A stretch of 64,000 nucleotides of DNA from an uncultured delta proteobacterium (GTDB lineage Bacteria > Desulfobacterota > BSN033 > UBA1163): positions 736,001 to 800,000 of the forward strand of contig CAWHBU010000003.1 of NCBI GenBank assembly GCA_963827685.1, written 5' to 3'. The translations under genes and the position numbers were made by a program. Of the stretch, positions 50,798 to 59,415 are shown piece by piece. Numbering within the stretch: position 1 is the first letter of the stretch; each line of letters begins with the position of its first letter. Under the pieces are notes generated by a model. It saw only the letters and a list, made by a program, of their open reading frames with translations, was not told the origin of the DNA and searched no databases.

Positions 50798-50855
50798 ATA
50801 AGACTTATGCAGTCATTTATAACGGAGGGATGGGTCATGAGGTCGGGAGCATGAG

Positions 50856-51275
50856 ATGAAGTTCGAAACTTACGGAAACTGTTTTGTCTGCGGAGAGAAC
50901 AACCCGAATGGGTTGCGATTGAGTTTTGAGATCGACAAGGAGAGGCAAACCCTCAAAACCACTTTTGTCGCAAATCCAACCTTCCAAGGTTGGGATGGCA
51001 TCGTCCACGGAGGAATTATCAGTACCCTTCTGGACGAAGCAACGGCAAAATTGGTTTACGAATTAGGGTACAAAGCAGTGACGGCATCTTTAGAAATCAG
51101 ATTCAAAAAGCCAGCTCCGATCCTCGAACCACTAAGGATCTACGGAGAGATTACAGAGGTAGGGAAAAGATTGATCAGGGCAAAGGCTCGCGTGGCAAAG
51201 GAGGATGGAACCATTTTGGCGACAGGGATGGCTACCTTCCTTAAGAACAGTTTAGCAAAGGCGGGTTCTCCTTAA
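50856..51275 (+). CDS. PaaI-family hotdog thioesterase
   Basis: CFVCG, HGGIISTLLDE. Confidence 0.9.
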   Translation: MKFETYGNCFVCGENNPNGLRLSFEIDKERQTLKTTFVANPTFQGWDGIVHGGIISTLLDEATAKLVYELGYKAVTASLEIRFKKPAPILEPLRIYGEITEVGKRLIRAKARVAKEDGTILATGMATFLKNSLAKAGSP

Positions 51276-51295
51276 CCCCTCAATCCCTTACGTCT

Positions 51296-52045
51296 TCAAC
51301 CTTTCCTTCGGCTGACCATCCATTGGGCATAATCCGCATCAAACCCAAATCTTTCTAATAAGGCTCGATCCCTAAGCAGTTCCCTCATCGAAAGATCTTC
51401 TATTTTTCTCCCTTCATAGAGCAAAACCGCTCTCTCGCAGAGATCTACCGCCACAGGCAGGTGATGGGTGACGAGGACTTTCGTTTGAGGGATGGATTGG
51501 ATGCGTTCGACCAACAGGCGGCTTCCAGCCGGATCGAGGTTATCCGTGGGCTCATCAAGGGCCAGGATCTCGGAGTCCATGGACAACACAGTGGCCAAAG
51601 CAACCCTTTTCTTTTCCCCTTCACTCAAATGGTGCGCCGACCTTCCTTCAAATCCTTTCAACCCCATCATTTCGAGTGCCTTCGCTACCCGATGCCGAAC
51701 ACTTTCCTCATCCAGTCCCATATTGAGAGGACCGAAAGCCACATCATCAAAGACCGTGGGACAGAAGAGTTGATCCTCCGGGCTTTGGAAGACAAGACCC
51801 ACCCTTCTCCGAATCTCTTTCAGGTTATTTTTCTCAACAGGAATGCCCAAGATAACCACCTTTCCTTCTCCCATCAGCGTTCCATTCAGATGATAGAGCA
51901 GAGTCGACTTGCCGGCTCCATTTGGACCAAGGATCGCGACGGATTCATGTTGATAAACCTCTAAATGGATATCCCTCAAAGCAGGTGTCCCGTCCGGATA
52001 ATGATAAGAGAGGTGGGTGATTTCGATAACTTTATTAGACGTCAT
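51296..52045 (-). CDS. ECF transporter ATPase (CbiO/EcfA-like)
   Basis: GPNGAGKS, FQSPEDQLF, LSEGEKKR, LDEP. Confidence 0.9.
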   Translation of the reverse strand: MTSNKVIEITHLSYHYPDGTPALRDIHLEVYQHESVAILGPNGAGKSTLLYHLNGTLMGEGKVVILGIPVEKNNLKEIRRRVGLVFQSPEDQLFCPTVFDDVAFGPLNMGLDEESVRHRVAKALEMMGLKGFEGRSAHHLSEGEKKRVALATVLSMDSEILALDEPTDNLDPAGSRLLVERIQSIPQTKVLVTHHLPVAVDLCERAVLLYEGRKIEDLSMRELLRDRALLERFGFDADYAQWMVSRRKG

Positions 52046-52809
52046 CCCAGATAGATCCTCATGACAAGGAGAAGTGGAACAAGGGAAAGGAATACGACTT
52101 CGCCCCATCCAAGCCTTTCTGCCGTGGTTTCGGGCATCGTTCCATGATAACCCCTGGAAAGCATCGCCAGATAGACTCTTTCCCCACGGTGAAAACTTCT
52201 CAAGAAAAGGGTTCCGATCATATGCCCGATGACCTGAGTCTGCCAGAGCCATCTCCCTCCAAAGCTTCTTGAATCCCTTGCCCGCTTCATCCGATGCATC
52301 TCATCGATGAGTATAAAAGAATAACGGTACATGAAGGAGGTGAGCATCGTGAAAATTTTGGGGGAGCCTAACTTCTCCATGCCTCTGATCAATTGGGGAA
52401 AGGAGGTGGTAGAAGAAAGCAGAATGATGGAAAAAACTCCTAAACATGATTTGATGACCACATTCCATAGAATCCATAAACCACTCTGGGATACGGAAAG
52501 GCCCCCCAACCCTAAATTGTATCCTCCCCCGACTCCATCTTTCTTCATGAATGGAATGGAAATTGTTACCATCAAGAGAAAAGGGAGGACGACCAGAATC
52601 TTCTTGAGCAAATGGCCTAAGGGAAGTCGCGCCAACAGGGCGATCCCAATGAGAGCCGTGGCCAAAAGACTGAAGAGAAGGAAGGAGGTGGGTTGAGAAC
52701 TCACGCCGATCAAAATAAAAGTGAAGAAGACAATGATCTTTGCCCTGGCGTCCAGATGGTGAATCGGGCTCTCGACATGGCTGTGGTGATCCAAAAAGGC
52801 ATGCCTCAT
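52042..52809 (-). CDS. ECF transporter T component (CbiQ-like)
   Basis: LDARAK, FMYRY, ARDSR, AMLSRG. Confidence 0.9.
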   Translation of the reverse strand: MRHAFLDHHSHVESPIHHLDARAKIIVFFTFILIGVSSQPTSFLLFSLLATALIGIALLARLPLGHLLKKILVVLPFLLMVTISIPFMKKDGVGGGYNLGLGGLSVSQSGLWILWNVVIKSCLGVFSIILLSSTTSFPQLIRGMEKLGSPKIFTMLTSFMYRYSFILIDEMHRMKRARDSRSFGGRWLWQTQVIGHMIGTLFLRSFHRGERVYLAMLSRGYHGTMPETTAERLGWGEVVFLSLVPLLLVMRIYLG

Positions 52810-53663
52810 CAGCTTGCCTTCCTGTCTGATCCGAACCGTCTTGAAAAGTTGAGACCGAGGATCTTTTCCTGATCCTGTTTTGAGAGGCTGGATTCTTCCA
52901 ATTCTTTGAAATATCGCCGAGGTGAAATCAGAGGGAAGTCTGTACCAAAAAAAATCTTTTCGATCCCCACCATCTCTCTGGCGATCGCATAAATTTTCTT
53001 CGAATAGAGAAATGGCGAGGCCGCCGTATCGTAATAGACATTGGTCATGCCCTTGGCCACCTCCGGCATCAACTCGTAGAAGGGAAGCCCACCTCCCCAG
53101 TGCCCTAAAATGATGGGAAGATTTGGAAAGGAGAGGATCAATTCATAAAAGCGTTCAAGAGGCGTCCTTCCCTTCCCGGGGTAGGAATGGCCGATCGTCT
53201 CATTGGTATGGAGAAGAAGAGGAATTCCCCGCTTCTCCATTTGGGAGAGGAGGGGTTTCATGGAATGAATATCCTGAGAAGTCATTTCATCACGGTAGAA
53301 AGCGATCTCCCCTACCCCTCTTGCCCCGCCCTTCACAGCCCGATCTAATTCCTTCCCTGACCAATCTGGATTCGAAAAAAGGAGCATGACAAAAACAATC
53401 AGTCGATTTGGATACCGTGAGGCGGACGCCATCAAATATTGGTTATGAAGGAAGCAGAGATCAGGTTGGCTCCAGGGAAATCCACAAACGACAGAGCGGT
53501 CGATCCCGGATTCGTCCATCGAGGCAATCAAATCCTCCACCCCGGCCATCTTCGACTTTGAATTTTTATAAATGGATGAAAACCCTTCATCCCTCTTGCA
53601 GAAGGCTTCTCGATCTCTTCTCACTTCCTCCGGAAAGATATGCGTATGGCAGTCAATGATCAT
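52809..53663 (-). CDS. Amidohydrolase_2 family protein
   Basis: IDCHTH, GHWGGG, FGTDFP. Confidence 0.88.
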   Translation of the reverse strand: MIIDCHTHIFPEEVRRDREAFCKRDEGFSSIYKNSKSKMAGVEDLIASMDESGIDRSVVCGFPWSQPDLCFLHNQYLMASASRYPNRLIVFVMLLFSNPDWSGKELDRAVKGGARGVGEIAFYRDEMTSQDIHSMKPLLSQMEKRGIPLLLHTNETIGHSYPGKGRTPLERFYELILSFPNLPIILGHWGGGLPFYELMPEVAKGMTNVYYDTAASPFLYSKKIYAIAREMVGIEKIFFGTDFPLISPRRYFKELEESSLSKQDQEKILGLNFSRRFGSDRKAS

Positions 53664-53675
53664 GCTTTTGTCACT

Positions 53676-54245
53676 TCAGGGTTTCCCTTTTGTGAAGCCA
53701 TAATGGCCGATGCATTTCCCGAGATTCCAATACTCATTGGCGCCCGGACAGAAGACCACTGGGAGGACCTTGGCGATATCGATCCGACCCTTCTCCTTTT
53801 GAACTTCTTCCTTGACATGGAGGGCAACGATTTCACCAAGAAAGAGATCATGGCTTCCTAAATAAAGTATTTCTTTAACTTTACATTCCATTTGAACAGG
53901 ACATTCATCGATCAGGGGAGGCTTCACCTTTTGAGCGGCGACCTGCTTCCATCCCATGGATGAAAACTTATCTGTCTCCTTCCCTGAAAGCACGCCACAG
54001 GCATCCACCTTTCTGAGCATCTCTTCAGAGGGAAGATTGACGACGAACTCTTTGGATCGCTTCACACAGGCATGGGAGTATCGTTCTGGCCGGATGGAGA
54101 TACTGATCATGGGAGGGTCTGAGTTGACCACTCCCACCCAAGCCAAGGTGATGATGTTGGGTTTTCCTGCCTCATCCACGCAGGTCACCAAAACGACTGG
54201 CGTAGGCAAAAGCAGGGGTGCGGGTGGCAGACTTTTTCGCCCCAT
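53676..54245 (-). CDS. Flavin reductase family protein
   Basis: PVVLVT, EFVVN, GSHDLFLGEI. Confidence 0.88.
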   Translation of the reverse strand: MGRKSLPPAPLLLPTPVVLVTCVDEAGKPNIITLAWVGVVNSDPPMISISIRPERYSHACVKRSKEFVVNLPSEEMLRKVDACGVLSGKETDKFSSMGWKQVAAQKVKPPLIDECPVQMECKVKEILYLGSHDLFLGEIVALHVKEEVQKEKGRIDIAKVLPVVFCPGANEYWNLGKCIGHYGFTKGKP

Positions 54246-54274
54246 TCTCTTCTCCTTTCTTGGGCCACGTGCCC

Positions 54275-54883
54275 TTATTGGAAAAGGGTTACATCCCCTT
54301 TCCCTTTTCGGATCACTTTCGGAAAATCGTTGGTGAGGTCAATGATGCTGGAATGCTCGGCGACGATCATCCCTCCGTCAATGACAAGGTCCAACTGTCT
54401 TCCGAAGCGCTCTTCGATCTCGACGGGGTCATTGTACAGCCCCTCATCGGGTTTATTAACGCTGGTGCTGATAATCGGGTGCCCCAACTCCTTGACGAGG
54501 GCCAAGCATATCTTGTTGTCAGGAATTCTTATCCCTACCGTATTCTGTTTGGTCATGGCTATCTTTGGAACCAGCTTCGTTGCCTTCAACACAAAAGTAT
54601 AAGCACCCGGAAGCAGACGTTTCATCATTTTATAAGCATAGTTGGCGACATGGGCATACCGACTGATATCCTTCAAATCACAACAGATGAAACTTAACGG
54701 CTTTTTCCCTCCTAATTTTTTCAGGCGATGAACCTTTCGAATTGCCTCGGGGTTGAAGAGGTCGCATCCTATCCCGTAGACCGTATCCGTAGGATATCCC
54801 ATCACACCCCCTCCTTCAAGAACCTCAACAACGTTTCGGATCAATCTTTGTTGCGGATTTTTAGGATTGATGGTGATGATCAT
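54275..54883 (-). CDS. Sua5/YciO/YrdC family protein
   Basis: YPTDTVYG, PGAYT, GIRIP, STSVN. Confidence 0.9.
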   Translation of the reverse strand: MIITINPKNPQQRLIRNVVEVLEGGGVMGYPTDTVYGIGCDLFNPEAIRKVHRLKKLGGKKPLSFICCDLKDISRYAHVANYAYKMMKRLLPGAYTFVLKATKLVPKIAMTKQNTVGIRIPDNKICLALVKELGHPIISTSVNKPDEGLYNDPVEIEERFGRQLDLVIDGGMIVAEHSSIIDLTNDFPKVIRKGKGDVTLFQ

Positions 54884-54962
54884 TACTCACTCTCCTTCGT
54901 CGAGATAAATATGATAACCAAATCACAAATTCCAAATTTCAATTACCATCGGTATTTGAATT

Positions 54963-55153
54963 TATAGTGAACGCCATAAATAAGTTGACATCCGCGTCGT
55001 GTCATTGCGAACGAAGTGAAGCAATTTCACGGGATTGCCACGCCTGCGTGCCGAAACTTCATACTACTAAGAATCCCTGTGTTCAAGCACTCCGGCGTGC
55101 AGGCACGTCGCTTCGCTCCTCGCAATGACCACTTTATTAAGGCGTTCACTATA
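54963..55153. mobile_element. TIR-bounded REP doublet with a family I insert (55042-55104)
   Basis: TATAGTGAACGCC / GGCGTTCACTATA around GTCATTGCGA...TCGCAATGAC. Confidence 0.75.
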
Positions 55154-55155
55154 GT

Positions 55156-56127
55156 TCAACTCTCCTTCTCCAACTCCTTCACCCGGACTCCTCTGAGAAA
55201 GCGTTGGCTGTAATAAGGGGCATCCAAATGATCTATTTTCACCTCTCTGCTGTAAGAAGAGGCGTGGACAAATTGATTATCACCAACGTAAATTCCCACA
55301 TGAGCACGATTCCCACGCCGTTTAAAAAAGACCAGATCCCCCTCCTCCAACTGGTCCTTTTCCACCTTCTTCCCTACCTTAAACTGTTCCCGGGTAGTTC
55401 TGGGAAGCTGAATATTAAAAATTTCATAGATCTTTTTCACAAACGCAGAACAGTCAATCCCCTTTAATGTAGATCCTCCTAATTTATACGGTGCTCCTAA
55501 AAAGGTCTTCGCAACCCTTACCAAGAGACTCCTCTCCTCTAAATTGCTCCATTTCCCAAGAGGGGTAGAGGCGACTGGCTCTCCTTTCTCCCCTTCTGCC
55601 TGTGAAGCTCCTGCAATTTCCTCCCCATCCCTTGCCTCTTTTGCCTCCTCCTCCAACATACCCTCATCTTCTGAAAGAAGAAGGATTTGACCAATCTTTA
55701 AGGCGGAGGTACGGAGGCCGTTCATCTTCTTAATTTCTTCTATCGGAATACCGACCTTCTTTGAAATACTGTAAAGGCTATCTCCCTTCTGTACGACATA
55801 AGAGTCCATTTCTCCAGAGGTTCTTTTTACGGTCGCAGCCAAAAGTTTTTTAGGTTGCGAGCTTGGAGACTTTTTCGCAGACTCCTCCACTTTCTTTTCT
55901 CTCAGGGATGGAATGATGAGAACCTGTTTGGGCCTAATCGAATCTCCACCCAATGCATTCCTTTTTTTCAACGCCTCAATGCCGACACCAAATGATTTTG
56001 AAATTTTATAGAGCGTATCTCCCGGTTTGACCGTGTATTTCTCCTCTGCCCATCCTTTCTGGTAAACGCCAAACAATAGTAATGAGACGATCAATCCCAT
56101 CCCAAGAATTTTCAATGGCCTGATCAT
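55156..56127 (-). CDS. LysM x2 + NlpC/P60 peptidoglycan endopeptidase
   Basis: YTVKPGDTL, YVVQKGDSL, GIDCSAF, HVGIY. Confidence 0.93.
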   Translation of the reverse strand: MIRPLKILGMGLIVSLLLFGVYQKGWAEEKYTVKPGDTLYKISKSFGVGIEALKKRNALGGDSIRPKQVLIIPSLREKKVEESAKKSPSSQPKKLLAATVKRTSGEMDSYVVQKGDSLYSISKKVGIPIEEIKKMNGLRTSALKIGQILLLSEDEGMLEEEAKEARDGEEIAGASQAEGEKGEPVASTPLGKWSNLEERSLLVRVAKTFLGAPYKLGGSTLKGIDCSAFVKKIYEIFNIQLPRTTREQFKVGKKVEKDQLEEGDLVFFKRRGNRAHVGIYVGDNQFVHASSYSREVKIDHLDAPYYSQRFLRGVRVKELEKES

Positions 56128-56371
56128 AAGATCCCTCCTCTCTTGATGAAGGACAGTCTTCCCTTTTTGAAACACCGGGTAAAGATGGAGAAGGATAAAA
56201 CCCCGTTCAAAATAATGTGATTTGAAACTCCACCCTTTCGGAAAGGTATTAAGCTCTCAAATGCCGCTCATCCCTTTATCAAAACAGGGTTTCCTATCGG
56301 GGTAAATTGGATGAATGATAGGCTTTATTTATACAAAACTTAGGATCAGAAGTCAAACCTGACCATCCGCC

Positions 56372-56545
56372 CCCAAATCCCGATTTAGGATACGGTCTTT
56401 GCGAGCGAAGCGAAGCAATCTCGCTTTTCGCGATGAGATTGCCACGCTTGCGCGCCGGAGCGCTTCAGCGCGCAGGCACGCACCTTTCAGGTGCTCGCAA
56501 TGACGGATTGAGAAAGGGCTTCCCTTTTCTAAATCGGAATTTGGG
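56372..56545. mobile_element. TIR-bounded REP doublet with a family I insert (56446-56477)
   Basis: CCCAAATCCCGATTTAG / CTAAATCGGAATTTGGG around GTCTTTGCGAG...CTCGCAATGAC. Confidence 0.72.
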
Positions 56546-56587
56546 TTCTCCCCTTTGCGAGGAGGGTGGGGAAACCGCTTAAGAGGA

Positions 56588-57661
56588 TCATTCCTGAATG
56601 AGGAGGATGCGGACGATCACTCGACGCTCTTCATCGGTCGCCAGTTTTGCCGGCTCTTTACTTTTTTTGTCGACCTCTTCTTTCTTCACTCCTTGCGCTA
56701 ACGTCAAATCTCCTGTGACGTGTTCTTTGGGGACCGCCTTACCTGCGTGGGGAGAAGCGCTCAATTCTGCCAATTCTTTTTCAAACTCTGAAAATGAACC
56801 CGTCGGAAGAGAAGCGAGGAACCTATCCCCTTCTGTCGTGACAATCTCTCCTCCGAATTGTTTGACCAGCTCGTGAACCTGGGAGATCGCCTTTTCCCGA
56901 TCGGAGATTCTCAGGACGATTTCTTGAGGAGGTTTCGAAGCCATAGCTAACTTGTCCTGGGCAGATAGTCCTTTCTCAACTTTCTCCAGTTCTGAGGATG
57001 GGACTTTTGCCCTCGCCGCCTCCTTCATCAAATCAAATGTGTGGTACCTCATGACTTCAGTGTTTGGAGAAGGTGTCTCCGCCTTTTTCGCCTCTGCCTT
57101 TACCTGTGGAGTGTAGGCTTCTGATTTTTCCTCTCCCGGGACAGCGGTCTTAGCCTGCTCAACATCCTTTGGACGGGGTGCCTCAGGAGGTGTTTTCAAA
57201 GTCCCTCGCGTTCTCTCCACCTCTTTTTGAGGCAATACCTGTTCAGGCTTTTCCTTTAAAGAAAGAGGTGAAGATGCTCGCTCGGTCTCCTTCGGGCGAT
57301 ATCCCTCCATGGGCATCATCTTTGTCAGATAGAGCACTAAGAATACGACGGCCACCATAGCTACTGCCTGGACCGGAAGTCTCAATGAGAGCGGGACGCT
57401 AAACCATCTTTCTGTGACCTTCTTGGCCGGAGCGATCCTTTTTCGTTCTTCCATTTTTTTATGAAGTTCGGGGAGAAATCCAGCCGGCACCTCCACCTCT
57501 CCGACAGAGTGAAGCCATCGCATCGTTTTCTCGAATTGTTCGAATTCCCTCTGGCACGCTGGGCACGAAGAAAGATGTTCTTTGACGATCTTCTCCTCAA
57601 CGGCCGTCAACTCCTTTTCCCACAAGGAGGAAAACCGATCCCGCATTGTTTCACAATTCAT
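56588..57661 (-). CDS. Zinc-binding anti-sigma factor (zf-HC2) with TM helix
   Basis: HLSSCPAC motif; directly downstream of the ECF sigma gene. Confidence 0.85.
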   Translation of the reverse strand: MNCETMRDRFSSLWEKELTAVEEKIVKEHLSSCPACQREFEQFEKTMRWLHSVGEVEVPAGFLPELHKKMEERKRIAPAKKVTERWFSVPLSLRLPVQAVAMVAVVFLVLYLTKMMPMEGYRPKETERASSPLSLKEKPEQVLPQKEVERTRGTLKTPPEAPRPKDVEQAKTAVPGEEKSEAYTPQVKAEAKKAETPSPNTEVMRYHTFDLMKEAARAKVPSSELEKVEKGLSAQDKLAMASKPPQEIVLRISDREKAISQVHELVKQFGGEIVTTEGDRFLASLPTGSFSEFEKELAELSASPHAGKAVPKEHVTGDLTLAQGVKKEEVDKKSKEPAKLATDEERRVIVRILLIQE

Positions 57662-57678
57662 AGACCCTCCTCCTTTCT

Positions 57679-58269
57679 CTAATGAGCGGACCTCTCTAAT
57701 ACCTGCTTCAGATCCATTCTTGCCCTGTGGAGTCTTGATTTGATGGTCCCCTCGGGAAGGCCGAGCAATTCACCCATCTCTTCATAAGAAAATCCCTGAA
57801 GGTCTCTCAGCACAAGTAACTCCCTCTGATCTTCTTTCAGTTTCTGAAGCCCCCCCTGAATCAACTGTTGAATCATCTTCTTTTCATAGAGCGTTTCCGG
57901 ATTACCAGAAGGATCATAGATGGCTTTCGGCACATCCCCGTCTTCTGTCTCGATCGGATCGTCCAGTGAATCGGAATTGAAATATTGCCTCCGTTTTAAA
58001 TATTTCCAGCGGTTCCGACAGTGGTTTAAAGTGATCTGCGTGAGCCAGGCATCAAATTTGACCTCCTCCTTCAGATCCTTGATCGCCTCGAAGACCGAGA
58101 TGAAAACCTCCTGAGCCAAATCCTTTGCCTCTTCCAAATTGCCCAACATCCGGTAAGCGATGTTGAATACCTTTTTCTGGCAGTGAAGCACAATCTCTGC
58201 AAAGGCCTTTTCGTCCCCAGCCTTGCAGTTCTCAATCACCTCTTTTTGAATCTTGGGAGAAGTCTTCAT
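57679..58269 (-). CDS. ECF RNA polymerase sigma factor
   Basis: AKDLAQEVF, FDAWL, SYEEM...GTIKSRLHRAR. Confidence 0.93.
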   Translation of the reverse strand: MKTSPKIQKEVIENCKAGDEKAFAEIVLHCQKKVFNIAYRMLGNLEEAKDLAQEVFISVFEAIKDLKEEVKFDAWLTQITLNHCRNRWKYLKRRQYFNSDSLDDPIETEDGDVPKAIYDPSGNPETLYEKKMIQQLIQGGLQKLKEDQRELLVLRDLQGFSYEEMGELLGLPEGTIKSRLHRARMDLKQVLERSAH

Positions 58270-58419
58270 CAAAGACCTATTCTTCCCCTTATTCTATAGA
58301 CACCGTGAGATCGGTTTTTGTTCCATTTTTTTAGGGATGAGCGTTGAACGTCAATCCCTTATCAAATCTCTCCTCCCGCTGCTTCACCGTAAGGAATGAA
58401 AACATCAGGAAGGAGTATG

Positions 58420-58567
58420 TGAAGCCTCCCGCCTACAAGGCGGGGCTTCCCGGTAAGGACTTATTGTTTTATATTTTCCCCTTCCTGCCTGCCCCGCCCT
58501 CGGTCGGGACCGGGGCCGATAGGCAGGGACCCCGCCTACAATGCGGGACAGGGTCTGTTCCGGTCAA
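58420..58567. mobile_element. Double-hairpin MITE, family B, with a family II insert at 58484-58527
   Basis: TGAAGCCTCCCGCCTACAAGGCGGGGCTTCCCGG...CCGGTCAA; second copy at 63637-63763. Confidence 0.75.
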
Positions 58568-58711
58568 GCTGAATCGATTTTTTAAGATATCACTAAAAAT
58601 GGCATGGGTTGTCAAGTTTAAAAATTATTTGATTTTTCTTAAGTAGGTACCTATAATTTGAAAAAGTGGAATAGACTTTTCAGGCTCCATTAAAAAGGAG
58701 GTGATGGGAAC

Positions 58712-59005
58712 ATGAAGAGAGTAATATCTACTGTCTTGTCGTTGCTCTTGATGGGTATGTTCATTTCAGCGGTGGTGGGATGTGGGGCAGATATCAAGGC
58801 AGAAAATGAGAAACTGAAAGCAGAAAACACCAGCCTCAAATCGGACAACGACAAATTGAAGCTGGATGTGCAGAAGTTGAAGGAGGATGTCCAGAAGGCA
58901 GCTGAGAAGGATGCGACCATCGGCACCCTCAAGGCAGAGAACGAGGCCTTGAAAAAGCAGGTCGAAGACCTGAAGGCCCAATTGGCGAAAAAAAAGAAAA
59001 AATAG
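58712..59005 (+). CDS. Small coiled-coil lipoprotein
   Basis: RBS AGGAGGTG; lipobox VVGC; heptad repeats LKAEN. Confidence 0.8.
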   Translation: MKRVISTVLSLLLMGMFISAVVGCGADIKAENEKLKAENTSLKSDNDKLKLDVQKLKEDVQKAAEKDATIGTLKAENEALKKQVEDLKAQLAKKKKK

Positions 59006-59027
59006 TCGTACGGTGATGAAATCATCA

Positions 59028-59361
59028 TGGAGCCCCACAGGTAAACACATGCTTGCGCGCCGACGTGGTTGCCTTCGCTGAAGTTTTAGCGCAAGCAGGC
59101 TTCGCGCACGCAGGTGCTACAGCACGCAGACGTGGTACCTCCATGAAATACCCGCCTACGCCAACCTGCCCGCCGAACCTGCCTCTGCCGAAGCGGCTAC
59201 GCGCAGGCAGGCAAGTTCTTTGGCAGGCGGGGGCTTCGGCGGGTTATCCGCCAGCAGCGAAATCCGCCGGAGCATCCAAACCTCGGCTAATGATGGATTT
59301 TGAAACAATTCACGCATTCATCCACGACCAAAGGCCGTGGTCTTCTGCGTAGGCGGATAAA
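59028..59361. mobile_element. Family A MITE with several nested micro-elements
   Basis: Ends match 4013-4133; inserts at 59051-59131 and 59151-59243. Confidence 0.7.
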
Positions 59362-59397
59362 AAGGGAAGACCCCGACCTAAGGGTTTTCCCTTTTTT
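59361..59397 (+). terminator. Intrinsic terminator
   Basis: AAAGGGAAGACCC-loop-GGGTTTTCCCTTTTTT. Confidence 0.7.
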
Positions 59398-59415
59398 GGT
59401 TCATTCTTTCTCCTT

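Noticed and set aside
59053-59352. 99-aa ORF (also 58344-58646, 55016-55213, 50495-50779, 35578-35781)
   Set aside because: These read through stacked repeats and have no protein-family signal.
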